64,000 nucleotides of DNA from NCBI GenBank assembly GCA_041662565.1, contig JBAZSE010000002.1, positions 27,244 through 91,243 on the forward strand. The letters run 5' to 3'. Position numbers and translations under genes: made by a program. Shown here one piece after another: positions 31,160-42,993 of the stretch (position 1 is its first letter; each line of letters begins with the position of its first letter). This stretch comes from Patescibacteria group bacterium (GTDB taxonomy: Bacteria > Patescibacteriota > Patescibacteriia > UBA1558 > UBA10009). The notes beneath the pieces are model-generated. The model saw nothing but the letters and a program-made list of their open reading frames with translations. It did not search any database and was not told the origin of the DNA.

Positions 31160-31317
31160 CAGGCCTTGCCCTTCATCAGTCATTGCGAGCCCCGTCGCAG
31201 GCGTCGGGGCGTGGCAATCTCGTTGTACTTGGTATAAACATCGGGATTGCGGAGCCTGTCCCGAGGCGATAGCCGAGGGATCTTGCTCCTCGCAATGACC
31301 GTTTAAGCAAGGCCTGT
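31159..31317 (-). mobile_element. MITE/palindromic element, copy 2 (inverted relative to 23377-23500)
   Basis: AGGCCTTGC...GTCATTGCGAG...CTCGCAATGAC...GCAAGGCCT. Confidence 0.8.
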
Positions 31318-31362
31318 TGTGATATTGACCAAAAGATCAAAACATCATACAATACAATCCCT

Positions 31363-33882
31363 ATGAATAATGATTCCGACATTTTCAATAAATTTACCGG
31401 CCACTACAAAAGGGTGCTAACTTTAGCCCAAGATGTGGCGGCTTCTTTGCATCATCAAACCATTGAACCGTTGCATCTTTTATATTGCCTATCCAACGAA
31501 CGCGGCTCGCTGGGCGCTTCCATATTATATAAAAATCAACTCACGCCCGATCGGGTTAGGGTTGTTTTACAAATTCTTAATAATCACCAAACCAGATCGC
31601 AAACTACCACCAAGGCCCTACCCGCTTTATCGCCCACTTCGCAAAAAGTTTTGGAAAGATCAGTTAAACTCGCTTTCCAACACACTCACAAATATATCGG
31701 CACCGAACATTTGCTGTACAGCTTGATTACGGTGGATGATGAATTATTGTTGAATTATTTAAAAGATGAAAGGATAAATTTAAGCGGTTTACAAAACCAT
31801 CTTAAAACCATTTTACAAAGCACTTCCAAGTTTGGTGATTTAGCCAATGGCAGCGGCGAACTGCCCGATGATCCGGCTTTAGAAAAAGTGTTAACCGAAA
31901 ACTTTAACCAAAAAAACGATTCCGCTTTAGCCGCCTTTGCCGTTGATTTAACCGAAGAAAGTATAAGCGCCAACATTGATCCGGTCATTGGCCGGGAATC
32001 AGAAATAGATCGTTTAATTCAAATTTTATCCCGCAGAACAAAAAACAATCCTGTTTTGCTGGGCGAACCGGGTACCGGCAAAACCGCTATTGTGGAAGGG
32101 TTGGCTAAAAGAATCGTGCAAGGTAAAGTGCCAGATGTTTTAATTGGCAAGCGGATTTTAAATTTGGATTTGGGCGCTACCTTAGCCGGCACCATGTACA
32201 GAGGCGAATTTGAAGCTCGCCTTAAAGATATTATTACCGAAGTAAAAAACGATCCTAACATCATCTTATTTATTGATGAAGTTCACTCGCTTATAGGCGC
32301 GGGTTCTTCCGCCGGCTCGCTTGATGCCGCCAACTTGCTAAAGCCCGAACTGGCCAGAGGCAATTTGCGTTTAATTGGCGCCACCACTTTGGATGAATAC
32401 AAAAAACACATTGAATCCGATCCGGCTTTTGAAAGGCGCTTTCAGCCCATTATCATCAACGAATCCAGTATCGAAGAAACTAAAGAAATTTTGCAGGGTA
32501 TTAAAAAAAATTATGAAACCTATCATCAGGTAAAAATTTCCGACGAAGCCATTGCGGCGGCGGTGGAACTTTCCAGCCGCTATTTGCCTGATAAATTTTT
32601 GCCCGATAAAGCTATAGATCTGCTAGACGAAGCCGCCGCTAAAATAAAAGTGGAAACTACCAAAGACGGCTTAATTAAAGTTATTAAAAAACTGGAAGAA
32701 GAATTGCGCGTTTTACAAAAAGCCAAGGAAAAAAATATTGTAGAAGAAAAATTCGATGAGGCCTTAAAATTCAAGCGCCAAGAAGATGATATTTTAATTA
32801 AACTGGACGATCTCAAGCAATTATCGCTTAAAGAAAAAAAGAAAATTTTAGGTACCATTACCAGGGCCGATATTGCCGCTGTTCTTTCACGCATTACCAA
32901 AATTCCGCTTAACGATTTAATTGTGGAAGAAAAACAAAAACTGATGCATCTTGAAGATAAATTAAAAAAATTCATTATTGGGCAAAACGGAGCTATTATT
33001 GAACTGGCCGAATCAATCAGGCGCACCAGAGCAGGTTTGGCTAACCCCAATAAACCTATTGCCTCTTTTATCTTTTTAGGTCCTTCCGGCGTTGGCAAAA
33101 CCGAAACCGCCAAAGTGCTGGCCCGAGAAATTTTTGAAGATGAAAACGCGCTTATCAGAATTGATATGTCGGAGTTTAGCGAACCCTTTAATATTTCCAA
33201 GCTGATTGGCGCCCCGGCCGGTTATGTTGGCTACAAAGAACAAGGCAAATTATCCGATGCCGTTAAAAGACGCCCATATAGCGTTGTACTGTTTGATGAA
33301 ATTGAAAAAGCGCATCCTGATGTGTTTAATTTACTGCTCTCTATTTTGGAAGACGGTCACTTAACCGATGCCGTGGGTAAAAAAATCAATTTTAAAAATA
33401 CCATAATTATCATGACTTCCAATATCGGCCTTTCAGAATTTAACCGCTTAAGCTCACTTGGCTTTAAGGCCGATGATAAAAATGAACAGGAAAAATTGGA
33501 AGAAGAATACAGTTTGCTGGAAGAAAAAATCCAAGAAGGATTAAAAGATACCTTTAGGCCGGAGTTTTTAAACAGAATTGATAAAGTGGTTATATTTAAA
33601 CCGCTCTCGCCCCAAGCTGCCGTATCCATTGCCAAATTACAGTTAGCTGATTTAGCTCAAAGAATGTCTACACAAAAGTTCCAACTTAAGGTGGGATCAT
33701 CGGTTATTAAAAAACTGGCGGAACAAGGTTATTCTCCTGCCCAAGGTGCCAGAGGCATTAGGCGGTTAATCCAGGATTTAATAGAAAATCCGCTGGCCGG
33801 CGAAATGCTAAGCGGAAAATTTTTAGCCAATGATACCATTTCGGTTAAACTGGCCAAAGATAAAATTGTTTTTGAGAAGTAA
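31363..33882 (+). CDS. clpC: ATP-dependent Clp protease ATP-binding subunit (ClpC type)
   Basis: Clp N domain, [17 protein letters not shown]-like middle domain, [19 protein letters not shown]. Confidence 0.93.
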   Translation: MNNDSDIFNKFTGHYKRVLTLAQDVAASLHHQTIEPLHLLYCLSNERGSLGASILYKNQLTPDRVRVVLQILNNHQTRSQTTTKALPALSPTSQKVLERSVKLAFQHTHKYIGTEHLLYSLITVDDELLLNYLKDERINLSGLQNHLKTILQSTSKFGDLANGSGELPDDPALEKVLTENFNQKNDSALAAFAVDLTEESISANIDPVIGRESEIDRLIQILSRRTKNNPVLLGEPGTGKTAIVEGLAKRIVQGKVPDVLIGKRILNLDLGATLAGTMYRGEFEARLKDIITEVKNDPNIILFIDEVHSLIGAGSSAGSLDAANLLKPELARGNLRLIGATTLDEYKKHIESDPAFERRFQPIIINESSIEETKEILQGIKKNYETYHQVKISDEAIAAAVELSSRYLPDKFLPDKAIDLLDEAAAKIKVETTKDGLIKVIKKLEEELRVLQKAKEKNIVEEKFDEALKFKRQEDDILIKLDDLKQLSLKEKKKILGTITRADIAAVLSRITKIPLNDLIVEEKQKLMHLEDKLKKFIIGQNGAIIELAESIRRTRAGLANPNKPIASFIFLGPSGVGKTETAKVLAREIFEDENALIRIDMSEFSEPFNISKLIGAPAGYVGYKEQGKLSDAVKRRPYSVVLFDEIEKAHPDVFNLLLSILEDGHLTDAVGKKINFKNTIIIMTSNIGLSEFNRLSSLGFKADDKNEQEKLEEEYSLLEEKIQEGLKDTFRPEFLNRIDKVVIFKPLSPQAAVSIAKLQLADLAQRMSTQKFQLKVGSSVIKKLAEQGYSPAQGARGIRRLIQDLIENPLAGEMLSGKFLANDTISVKLAKDKIVFEK

Positions 33883-33902
33883 TTAATTTTAAAAATTTTA
33901 TT

Positions 33903-33957
33903 AACAGGGTCATCCTCCTCCGCTAAAGCTTCGGAGGATTTGGCCCTGTTTTTATTT
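33903..33957 (+). terminator. ACAGGGTCA...TGGCCCTGTTTTTATTT hairpin before comF (same stem precedes NYN and mazF)
   Basis: Stem plus U-tract, 7 nt before the ATG. Confidence 0.7.
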
Positions 33958-33964
33958 CCTCACA

Positions 33965-34663
33965 ATGACAAATATGAAAAACGTTATTCAAAAAATATTC
34001 AATTTTATTTTAGCCCTGATTTTCCCAGTAGAATGTTTGGGCTGTAATGAAGAAGATACTTATCTTTGCACTGATTGTTTGGCTAAAATTAAAATTTATG
34101 ACCAGCCGCCAACTTTTGAACATCCGTTAAACCATTTAAACGGTATTATTTACGCTGCCGATTATCATCAAAAATTATTGCAAAAAACTATCCATAATTT
34201 TAAATTCCGGTTTATCCAAGAACTGGCAATTTCTTTGGCAAAAATTTTGGCCGGATTTTGGGAAAATTATAAAGCAGTACAGACGCACAATTGTGCGTCT
34301 CTACACATTGCTAATACGCTAATAATCCCAGTGCCTCTGAATAAAAAACGCCTATTGGAACGAGGCTTTAACCAAGCTGAATTAATAGCCAAAATTTTTG
34401 CCGAGCGTTTTAACTATCCCCTATTAACCAATATTGTAATCCGCTCTAAAAATACGCCCCATCAGGTTGGCTTAAATAAAAAACAAAGAACAAACAATAT
34501 TGCCAATGCTTTTCAAATACTTGATGCTTCAACAATTCAAAATTGCATTATAATTTTAATTGATGATGTGGTTACCACCGGATCCACCATGGAAGAAATT
34601 GCCAAAATACTCAAAGAAAACGGCGCACTTGAGGTTTGGGGCTTAACTATTGCCAAAGATTAA
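33965..34663 (+). CDS. comF: ComF family competence protein (Zn ribbon + PRTase)
   Basis: FPVECLGC...LCTDC, IPVPL, ERGFNQAE, LIDDVVTTGSTM. Confidence 0.93.
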   Translation: MTNMKNVIQKIFNFILALIFPVECLGCNEEDTYLCTDCLAKIKIYDQPPTFEHPLNHLNGIIYAADYHQKLLQKTIHNFKFRFIQELAISLAKILAGFWENYKAVQTHNCASLHIANTLIIPVPLNKKRLLERGFNQAELIAKIFAERFNYPLLTNIVIRSKNTPHQVGLNKKQRTNNIANAFQILDASTIQNCIIILIDDVVTTGSTMEEIAKILKENGALEVWGLTIAKD

Positions 34664-34744
34664 AACAAAAAGGCGCCAATTGATCTTGAACGCCTTCTTT
34701 TTTCCAACAGGCCTCGAGCGAAGTCGAGAGATTTACAAAATTTC

Positions 34745-35323
34745 TTAAATCATCTTCACTACCTGCCACCATTTTTCTACGTATTCCGCCCGACGATTTT
34801 GATATTTAAGATAATAGGCATGTTCCCAAACATCCAAGCACAAAATAGGCGCATGTCCTTTACTTAATGGCGAATCTTGATTAGAGGTAGCATAAACTTC
34901 CAACTGACCGTCTGTGTTTCTAACCAGCCAGGCCCAACCAGAACCAAACTGGCCCATGGCTGTTGCATTAAATTTTTCTTTAAATGCTTCTACTGAACCA
35001 AAAGTGGTGATAATTTCTTCAACCAATTTTTCGTCCTTGGTATTTGCCGGATCCATTATTTGCCAAAATAAAGCATGGTTAATGTAACCGCCACCATTAT
35101 TTTTAAAAACTTTTTTATCCGTCTCATCCATTTCTAAACTATCCAACTGCTTCATTAATTCTTCCGGACTCTCGGTTAGATTAGGATATTTTTCCAACAC
35201 CCCGTTCATCTTATCGCAATAGGCCTGGTGATGCTTGGTGTAATGGATTTCCATGGTAACGGCATCAATATACGGCTCCAGAGCGTTGTAAGCGTAATTT
35301 AACTTGGGAAGTTCATATTTCAT
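34745..35323 (-). CDS. Fe/Mn superoxide dismutase
   Basis: HYTKHH, GGYINH, QFGSGWAWL, DVWEHAYY. Confidence 0.97.
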   Translation of the reverse strand: MKYELPKLNYAYNALEPYIDAVTMEIHYTKHHQAYCDKMNGVLEKYPNLTESPEELMKQLDSLEMDETDKKVFKNNGGGYINHALFWQIMDPANTKDEKLVEEIITTFGSVEAFKEKFNATAMGQFGSGWAWLVRNTDGQLEVYATSNQDSPLSKGHAPILCLDVWEHAYYLKYQNRRAEYVEKWWQVVKMI

Positions 35324-35435
35324 ATAATTTATTGGTTAATGATTGGAAATTCAGTATAACAAAAATACCTTAATTACTCAAACAAAAAAGATGTTTTAAA
35401 AACATCTTAATGACCGGCGTCTAACTAATCTAAAA

Positions 35436-35527
35436 TGGCGGAGGCGAGAGGATTCGAACCTCTGAGACCCTTTAAGAGGCCTAACAGTTTTCAAGACTGT
35501 CCCATTAAACCGCTCTGGCACGCCTCC
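35436..35527 (-). tRNA. tRNA-Ser(TGA)
   Basis: GGAGGCG...ACAGT-CTTGAAA-ACTGT, long variable arm, GCCA end. Confidence 0.95.
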
Positions 35528-35532
35528 TTAAC

Positions 35533-35627
35533 TGGCGGAGAGGCAGGGATTCGAACCCTGGATACGAGCTAAAAACTCATATAACGGTTTAGCAAACCGC
35601 CGCTTTCGGCCACTCAGCCACCTCTCC
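35533..35627 (-). tRNA. tRNA-Ser(GCT)
   Basis: GGAGAGG...GCGGT-TTGCTAA-ACCGT, long variable arm, GCCA end. Confidence 0.95.
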
Positions 35628-35722
35628 TCCTTAAAATTTGCCTTCAAATTAAAAAGCACCTGTCTAATATAATGGTTGTTGGGCAATTTGTCAATAATCC
35701 CAATTTGCCCTATAATAACGAT

Positions 35723-36205
35723 ATGCCTGAAAAAAATGGAAAAGTTTTATTAAATTGGAGTTTTGCCGAATATCTAAAACCCGAACGAGGCAAGGCCTGG
35801 TATTTTTGGTTTTTTGTCGTCATCATTTTATTATTGATTTACTCGTTAGTAACCGTCAATTTCCTTTTTGCCGTGATTGTTATCATTGGTTCCATCATTG
35901 TTTTAATGCGCACCAAGCATGAGCCCAATGAAGTTAGCTTTTTTATAACCCAAAACGGGATTCAAGTTGATGATGATTTTTATCCTTTTGATTTGATTAA
36001 GGATTTTTACATTATTTACAAGCCCCCGCAGATAAAAAACCTTTATTTTGAATTTAAATCACTGCTTAAACCTCGGATTATCATTCCGCTAGAAGACCAA
36101 AATCCCCTTAAAGTGCGAGACTTGCTTAAACAGTATTTGGATGAAAATCTGGAAAAAGAAGAAGAGCCGGCTTCCGAGGCCTTTAGAAAATTATTCAAGC
36201 TCTAA
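35723..36205 (+). CDS. Conserved-looking two-TM hypothetical protein
   Basis: W-x-FAEY...ERGKAWY, two TM helices, PH-like C-terminus; ATG 6 nt after TATAAT. Confidence 0.8.
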   Translation: MPEKNGKVLLNWSFAEYLKPERGKAWYFWFFVVIILLLIYSLVTVNFLFAVIVIIGSIIVLMRTKHEPNEVSFFITQNGIQVDDDFYPFDLIKDFYIIYKPPQIKNLYFEFKSLLKPRIIIPLEDQNPLKVRDLLKQYLDENLEKEEEPASEAFRKLFKL

Positions 36206-36270
36206 CTTTAATACATAATAAGCAAAAATCCCTCAAACAAAATGCTTGAGGGATTTTTAAATAAATAACT

Positions 36271-36346
36271 TGGTGCGCCCGGCAAGAGTCGAACCTGCGA
36301 CCTCATGGACCGCAACCATGCGCTCTATCCACTGAGCTACGGGCGC
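36271..36346 (-). tRNA. tRNA-Arg(GCG)
   Basis: GCGCCCG...GGATAGAGC (A20), CATGG-TTGCGGT-CCATG, ACCA end. Confidence 0.95.
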
Positions 36347-36411
36347 CCGTTAATCAAAAAATCACTATTCAAAAGTGATTCTAATGGATTTATTTATTTT
36401 TGTCTATAGCT

Positions 36412-36486
36412 TGGTGGCGGCGGGTGGACTTGAACCACCGACCAACAGCTTATGAGTCTGCTGCTCTACCACTGAGCTACGCCGCC
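36412..36486 (-). tRNA. tRNA with CAT anticodon (elongator Met; Ile2 not excluded)
   Basis: GGCGGCG...CTCATAA...GGTTCAAGTCC...ACCA. Confidence 0.9.
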
Positions 36487-36513
36487 AAATTAATTAATCT
36501 TTTTTTAAATTTT

Positions 36514-36589
36514 TGGTTGCGGGGGCGGGACTCGAACCCGCGACCTGCAGGTTATGGGCCTGCCGAGCTGCCAACTGCTCTACCCCGCG
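36514..36589 (-). tRNA. Initiator tRNA-fMet(CAT)
   Basis: CGCGGGG with C1:A72 mismatch, A11:U24, anticodon CAT. Confidence 0.93.
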
Positions 36590-36669
36590 TCACAAAAACT
36601 GAATCTATTTAAAAAAGCACCCTGCAAGTGTACTGTAAAACCGATACTTTGTCAAGTATACCCGTAAAT

Positions 36670-38097
36670 TTAAATTGTTTGAACTTTAACCAGATTCATA
36701 TTATGCGATCTGGCTACCGGCTGGCCCGTGACAATCACAATTTGGTCGCCTTTTTTAACCAGTTTTTGCTGTTTAACCAATTTGACGGATTTATCAATCA
36801 GCTCATCCATAGTGCGGCAAACCGGCATTTGGCTGGGATAAATGCCCCACGATAAAGCCAATTGGCGCCAAACCTCATCTTGATTGACTAAAACAATAAT
36901 TTTCGTTTCCGGCCTAAAGCGAGCAATCATGCGGGCGGTATAACCCGAATCGGTGGCCGCCACAATGGCCTTGGCTTTAACTTCCTGCACCAGTTTAAAA
37001 ACCGATTCCGAAATGGCTTTGGTTACGGTAAAATGCTTTTCCGCAAAATAACCGGGTGCCATATCATCATAAATGGAGGCCTCGGTTTCCTGGATTATTT
37101 GGCTCATCATAATTACCGATTCAACAGGATATGAGCCAAAAGCTGTTTCGCCCGAAAGCATTACAGCATCGGCATGATCAATTACCGCGTTAGCCACATC
37201 TGATACTTCGGCTCTGGTGGGGCGCGGATACTTAATCATGGAATCCAGCATTTGTGTGGCCACAATTACGGGCTTACCTTCGGTTAAGCACATTTTAACT
37301 ATTTCTTTTTGGATAATCGGCACTTTAACCGGAGAAAGCTCTATGCCCAAATCGCCCCTGGCCACCATGACGGCATCGGCTTCTTTAATAATTGATTTAA
37401 TATTTTTAACGGCCTCTCCCCTTTCTACCTTGGCCATAACCATAACTTTGGAACGAGGTTGAAATTTTTTAATCAGTTTTTTTAATTTGATCAAATCCGC
37501 GCCCGAGCCCACAAACGATTGCGCCACAAAATCAACGCCCAGGCCAAGGCCGAATTTTAAATCTTCAATATCTTTTTTGGTAATAACCGGCAAACCCAGA
37601 TTGGCTCCGGGAATGTTAACCCCTTTGTACGAATAAATAGTGCCGGCTTTAATAACTTTGGCTTTAACAAAACCGTTAAAAACTTCGGTTACTTTAAGTT
37701 CCACCAAACCGTCCAAAAGCAAAACCTGGCTGTTGGTTTTAACCACTCGAGAAAGCTTAACAAATTGAATGGGCAAAACTTTGCCACTAATTTTTTTTTG
37801 GCTCTTTAAGGCATCCTCAACCAAAGTAATGGTTTCGTTTTTAAACAATTCCACGCCTTTTTTATTTATTTCTCCCACCCTTATCCGCGGGCCCTGCAAA
37901 TCCTGAATAATGGCAATGGGCTGTTGTAATTTTTTAGCTACTGCTCGCAAGGCATCCACCGCTTTTTTATTGCTGGCTTGGGTGCCGTGGGAAAAATTAA
38001 AACGGGCGACATTCATGCCCGCCTTAATCATTTGAGTTAAAATTTTAGGGCTGTCGCAAGCCGGTCCGATAGTAGCGACGATTTTTGTTCGTTTCAT
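36670..38097 (-). CDS. pyk: Pyruvate kinase
   Basis: RTKIVATIGP, ARFNFSHG, DLQGP, VMVARGDLG, ATQMLDSM, PTRAEVSDVANA, MLSGETA. Confidence 0.98.
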   Translation of the reverse strand: MKRTKIVATIGPACDSPKILTQMIKAGMNVARFNFSHGTQASNKKAVDALRAVAKKLQQPIAIIQDLQGPRIRVGEINKKGVELFKNETITLVEDALKSQKKISGKVLPIQFVKLSRVVKTNSQVLLLDGLVELKVTEVFNGFVKAKVIKAGTIYSYKGVNIPGANLGLPVITKKDIEDLKFGLGLGVDFVAQSFVGSGADLIKLKKLIKKFQPRSKVMVMAKVERGEAVKNIKSIIKEADAVMVARGDLGIELSPVKVPIIQKEIVKMCLTEGKPVIVATQMLDSMIKYPRPTRAEVSDVANAVIDHADAVMLSGETAFGSYPVESVIMMSQIIQETEASIYDDMAPGYFAEKHFTVTKAISESVFKLVQEVKAKAIVAATDSGYTARMIARFRPETKIIVLVNQDEVWRQLALSWGIYPSQMPVCRTMDELIDKSVKLVKQQKLVKKGDQIVIVTGQPVARSHNMNLVKVQTI

Positions 38098-38170
38098 AAA
38101 TCATGTAACATGTAGCACGCATCATATAGCATAACAAATTGTGACCTGCTACATGTTTTGTGATACATGT

Positions 38171-38491
38171 CTATAAATTAATTCTCCGGGCGTATTTGCC
38201 TAAAACCGGCATTTCCCAGTAACGGCCCTGCAGAGCGCTCATTATACCCATCACGGCCATAATAATTACCAACAACCATAAAAACCAACCAATCAAAGGA
38301 ATCCAAAAAATCAGCCAACCAACCACTTCGGCTACAAACAGCATTAAACCCTGTTTGGCATGAAACTGGGTAAACTGAGAATTCCTTTTGAGGAATAAGG
38401 GCACCAAGCATAAAATCCAAACATAACCGATAGCGGCTAAAATTTTATTGTCCTCGATATCTCTGTCGGGGGATATTTGATTATTCGGCAT
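38171..38491 (-). CDS. DUF4870-like membrane protein
   Basis: NKILAAIGY...FHAKQGL...PLIGW...PVLG. Confidence 0.8.
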   Translation of the reverse strand: MPNNQISPDRDIEDNKILAAIGYVWILCLVPLFLKRNSQFTQFHAKQGLMLFVAEVVGWLIFWIPLIGWFLWLLVIIMAVMGIMSALQGRYWEMPVLGKYARRINL

Positions 38492-38501
38492 ATAATTAAA
38501 T

Positions 38502-39041
38502 TTATTTTATAATTTTTCTAAAAAACAAAGCAGTAAAAAACCAACTGATCATTAAACCCTCGGCCGCCAGCAACAATGGCTGGCCGATTAAATTAAAAAA
38601 TGCCCAAAGTTCAAAATACCAAATCAATTGAAAAACCGCCAAAATCACTCCGGCAACCAAACCGCCCAAAACAGATGCAACCAAAGTTTGCTGTTTGGTG
38701 GCAGAATAATTTTTTAAGGCCGAATATGACAAATAAGCAAAAATTATGACCCGGGTAATATTAATCAGTTGATTAAAAAGCAACGGTTCCGCTAAAGGAA
38801 AATATTTTGTTTGAATAACCCTTAAAGCGATTTCCAATAATAATAAAATGAACATCGGCCAAGCCGCCACTTCCTTGTACCAAGCCAAGCTTCGGCTGTA
38901 AACAAACTCGCCCCAATTATTCGCCCCACCCTTGGCAACAGCGGGCGTGTTTGGCTGAAGAGGCGCATGGCTATCAGCTTCCCAGGGGTGGCCGTCATCC
39001 GAAGAATATTTGATTTCTCTTTTGTGGGTTGGTTGATCCAT
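38502..39041 (-). CDS. Hypothetical multi-pass membrane protein
   Basis: ORF with about 4 TM segments; TG-n-TATAGT 7 nt upstream of the ATG. Confidence 0.75.
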   Translation of the reverse strand: MDQPTHKREIKYSSDDGHPWEADSHAPLQPNTPAVAKGGANNWGEFVYSRSLAWYKEVAAWPMFILLLLEIALRVIQTKYFPLAEPLLFNQLINITRVIIFAYLSYSALKNYSATKQQTLVASVLGGLVAGVILAVFQLIWYFELWAFFNLIGQPLLLAAEGLMISWFFTALFFRKIIK

Positions 39042-39158
39042 CCCCTATACTATAACAAAAATATAGGTTTTTTTCAAACACAACTGATGACACGGATTAA
39101 AAAAAATTCCACGGATAATGCCATCCGTGGAATCTCTAAAAATCTGTGTAATCCGTGA

Positions 39159-40817
<1,659 letters not shown>

Positions 40818-40824
40818 TTAATGA

Positions 40825-41115
40825 TTATTCTAAAATCGCAATCACGTCGGATTGGGATAAAATTAAAACTTCCTGCCCGTCGATTTTAAAATCATCGGGA
40901 GAATATTTTTTAAAAATTATTTTATCGCCAACTTTAACTTCCATGCTCGCGCGGTTGCCGTTATCCAAAATTTTGCCAGGCCCAACAGCCACAACCTCGC
41001 CCTGTTCCGGTTTTTCTTTATCTATGGTTTCGGGCAAAATAATGCCGGATTTGGTTGTTTCTTCTTTAGAAATGCCTTTGACGACTATATTATCGCCTAG
41101 TGGTTTTAACTTCAT
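40825..41115 (-). CDS. groES: Co-chaperonin GroES
   Basis: LKPLGD, TKSGIILP, GEVVAVGPG. Confidence 0.98.
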   Translation of the reverse strand: MKLKPLGDNIVVKGISKEETTKSGIILPETIDKEKPEQGEVVAVGPGKILDNGNRASMEVKVGDKIIFKKYSPDDFKIDGQEVLILSQSDVIAILE

Positions 41116-41149
41116 ATATTTCTTTAAATTAATTAATAATTATTTAACC

Positions 41150-41176
41150 GTGGGCGCGATAATATCGCGCCCCTAC
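41150..41176. repeat. GTAG-type REP-like palindrome in the groES leader
   Basis: GGGCGCGATA-A-TATCGCGCCC-CTAC. Confidence 0.7.
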
Positions 41177-41222
41177 AGCATTGTTAATGGCTGTAATCAG
41201 GTTAGTTTTATTATTTTACGTT

Positions 41223-41249
41223 TTAGCACTCTATTTACGTGAGTGCTAA
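41223..41249. promoter_or_regulatory. CIRCE element (HrcA operator) of groESL; promoter TTGACA(41290-85)/TG-n-TAGAAT(41268-63) on the minus strand
   Basis: Perfect TTAGCACTC-N9-GAGTGCTAA. Confidence 0.96.
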
Positions 41250-41357
41250 CATTGATGTCTCTATTCTATCAAATATAAACAATATGTCAAGACATAAGGT
41301 AAACAAAATATTGATCATACTACTAGATATCATATTTTTAATACTAAACTTATATTA

Positions 41358-41417
41358 GCTCCTCGGCTCGTCAGCTTGAAAGCTAAGCTTTCAAGCTGCG
41401 CTCGCTCTACGTCGCTA
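41358..41417 (+). repeat. Palindromic element GCTCCTCGG(C/T)TCGTC...CTCTACGTCGCT (inverted copy 63540-63585; partial copy 55879-55909)
   Basis: Shared arms around a central palindrome containing AGCTAAGCT. Confidence 0.7.
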
Positions 41418-41641
41418 ATAAAAAAAGGATGTCAAGCTCTGCAGCCTTGCGTCTAGGCAAATTGATTCAAATAGTAAACCCAGCCATTTTTAAAAATACT
41501 ATTCAATAGAAAGAAAACCGCTGAACTGAATAGAGGTGTATTGAACACATTTTCAGCTCAGCGGTTAAAAACAAGAATCTAAGGATTTAAAATTCTAGAT
41601 TCCAACTGAACGGAATCCTAAATTCCAAATTTCCCAAAATC

Positions 41642-42211
41642 CTACTTGCGAGTGGAAGCGGCAAGACAATGGCCACCCCAACCGCTACCAAGATAACGCC
41701 CCATTACCACTCGCCACCCTTTGGTGTCCTGATTAAGATAGAGATACCAAAGTTGGCCGTCATCAATCCAAATCGTGAACATCGGCGCCTGACGTTTCAT
41801 GTTGGAGAATTTTGCCCCGATCGCCAGTAAAACCAACGGATGGATGAATGACTCGTCTAATCCTTTTAGGTAATCCAGCCACTCCTGATTGGTTGTGATA
41901 CTTTCACGCTTATTCAGTCCGACCTCGACCCACTGAATACCAGACGAGCTGCTTGGCGGAAGTTTGGCTCCTATGGCAATACATTGGCTGCCGTAGCCAC
42001 CGGCCTTGATGGCATCTTCCAAAGATAGAGACCAGTCAACCTTTACCACTACCTGCCCCGCCGTCCGATTGGCAATCGCCTGTGTCCACAAGGCAATCGC
42101 CTCCCTGGCATTTTGAATGGCCCATTGGGCATCATTAGTAGACCATTCTTTGAACTCAGCCTGATGTTCAATAATTACACCAAGGAATTTTGGAATCTGT
42201 TGTTCGGTCAT
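41642..42211 (-). CDS. Hypothetical protein (solo cassette)
   Basis: ORF with AAGGA RBS and promoter TTGACA-17-TATCAT (42401-42373). Confidence 0.7.
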   Translation of the reverse strand: MTEQQIPKFLGVIIEHQAEFKEWSTNDAQWAIQNAREAIALWTQAIANRTAGQVVVKVDWSLSLEDAIKAGGYGSQCIAIGAKLPPSSSSGIQWVEVGLNKRESITTNQEWLDYLKGLDESFIHPLVLLAIGAKFSNMKRQAPMFTIWIDDGQLWYLYLNQDTKGWRVVMGRYLGSGWGGHCLAASTRK

Positions 42212-42446
42212 TTTCTTTCCTTTTATTTTGACCGTTTCTACAGACACGCCATTATTACTGGCGACCTATTCTCCGCAACTGTTTAGCCACGGTTTTCAAC
42301 CTATTTTAATAAATAAACTAAAAACCATGGCTAATATTAGGTAAAATTTAAAGAACTATTATTTAATACATTATGATACCATATTTTATGGATTATGTCA
42401 ATATTTACAAATAAAATCAAGGTGGTAATATAATATTGTTACTATG

Positions 42447-42490
42447 AAAAAACTCCTTATACGGTTCCGTCCGTATCAGGCGTTTTTTCT
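42447..42490 (+). ncRNA. Candidate antisense hairpin RNA over the NYN 3' end
   Basis: TTTACA(42404)...TAATAT promoter-like sequence upstream; stem ATACGG-TTCCGT-CCGTAT with U-tract. Confidence 0.35.
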
Positions 42491-42993
42491 TTTACGGCCA
42501 ATCTGAATCTAAAATCATCAAGAAAAATCGGACGATCATAAATACTTTTAGTATAAATCTTTCTTATAAGATAAGAACACTGCTTTCTATTGGGCGCGAT
42601 AATCTTCCCAAGAACTTTCCTGTTTAAAAGAAATGATGCTAAACAAGCAAAATCGCCGTCGCCCGACACTAAAATGGCTTGATCATATTGATATTCATAA
42701 AAATCAATCACAGCGTTTAAAACCAATTCCGCGTCGCAATTACCTTTGGCTTTGCCGTTGGCTTGATAGCTTAAGGATTTAAAAATCAAAATAAAGCCGG
42801 CGCGCCTTAGTTTTTGATACAGACGCTGATTGGCCTGCATGTACCCCAAAAAAATATAAGCCTTAACGACGCCGTATTTTTCAGTCAGCCAACGGCGCAA
42901 GCGAAAATAATCAATAATCCAACCAAGATCTTTAACCCCTTGATGCAGATTATTGCCGTCAATATAGGCAAAATTATTCTTTAAATTTTCCAT
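42457..42993 (-). CDS. NYN domain (LabA/DUF88, PIN-like) nuclease
   Basis: YIDGNNL, KGNCDAELV, LVSGDGDF; own promoter TTGACA-17-TAAGAT. Confidence 0.9.
   Translation of the reverse strand: MENLKNNFAYIDGNNLHQGVKDLGWIIDYFRLRRWLTEKYGVVKAYIFLGYMQANQRLYQKLRRAGFILIFKSLSYQANGKAKGNCDAELVLNAVIDFYEYQYDQAILVSGDGDFACLASFLLNRKVLGKIIAPNRKQCSYLIRKIYTKSIYDRPIFLDDFRFRLAVKEKTPDTDGTV

Noticed and set aside
32580-33200. Long antisense ORFs (e.g. 32580-33200, 22437-23081, 16999-17541)
   Set aside because: They are shadows of well-supported genes on the opposite strand and have no motifs of their own
36400-36612. ORFs 36400-36612, 7292-7534 and 1541-1723
   Set aside because: They are antisense shadows of tRNA or tmRNA genes
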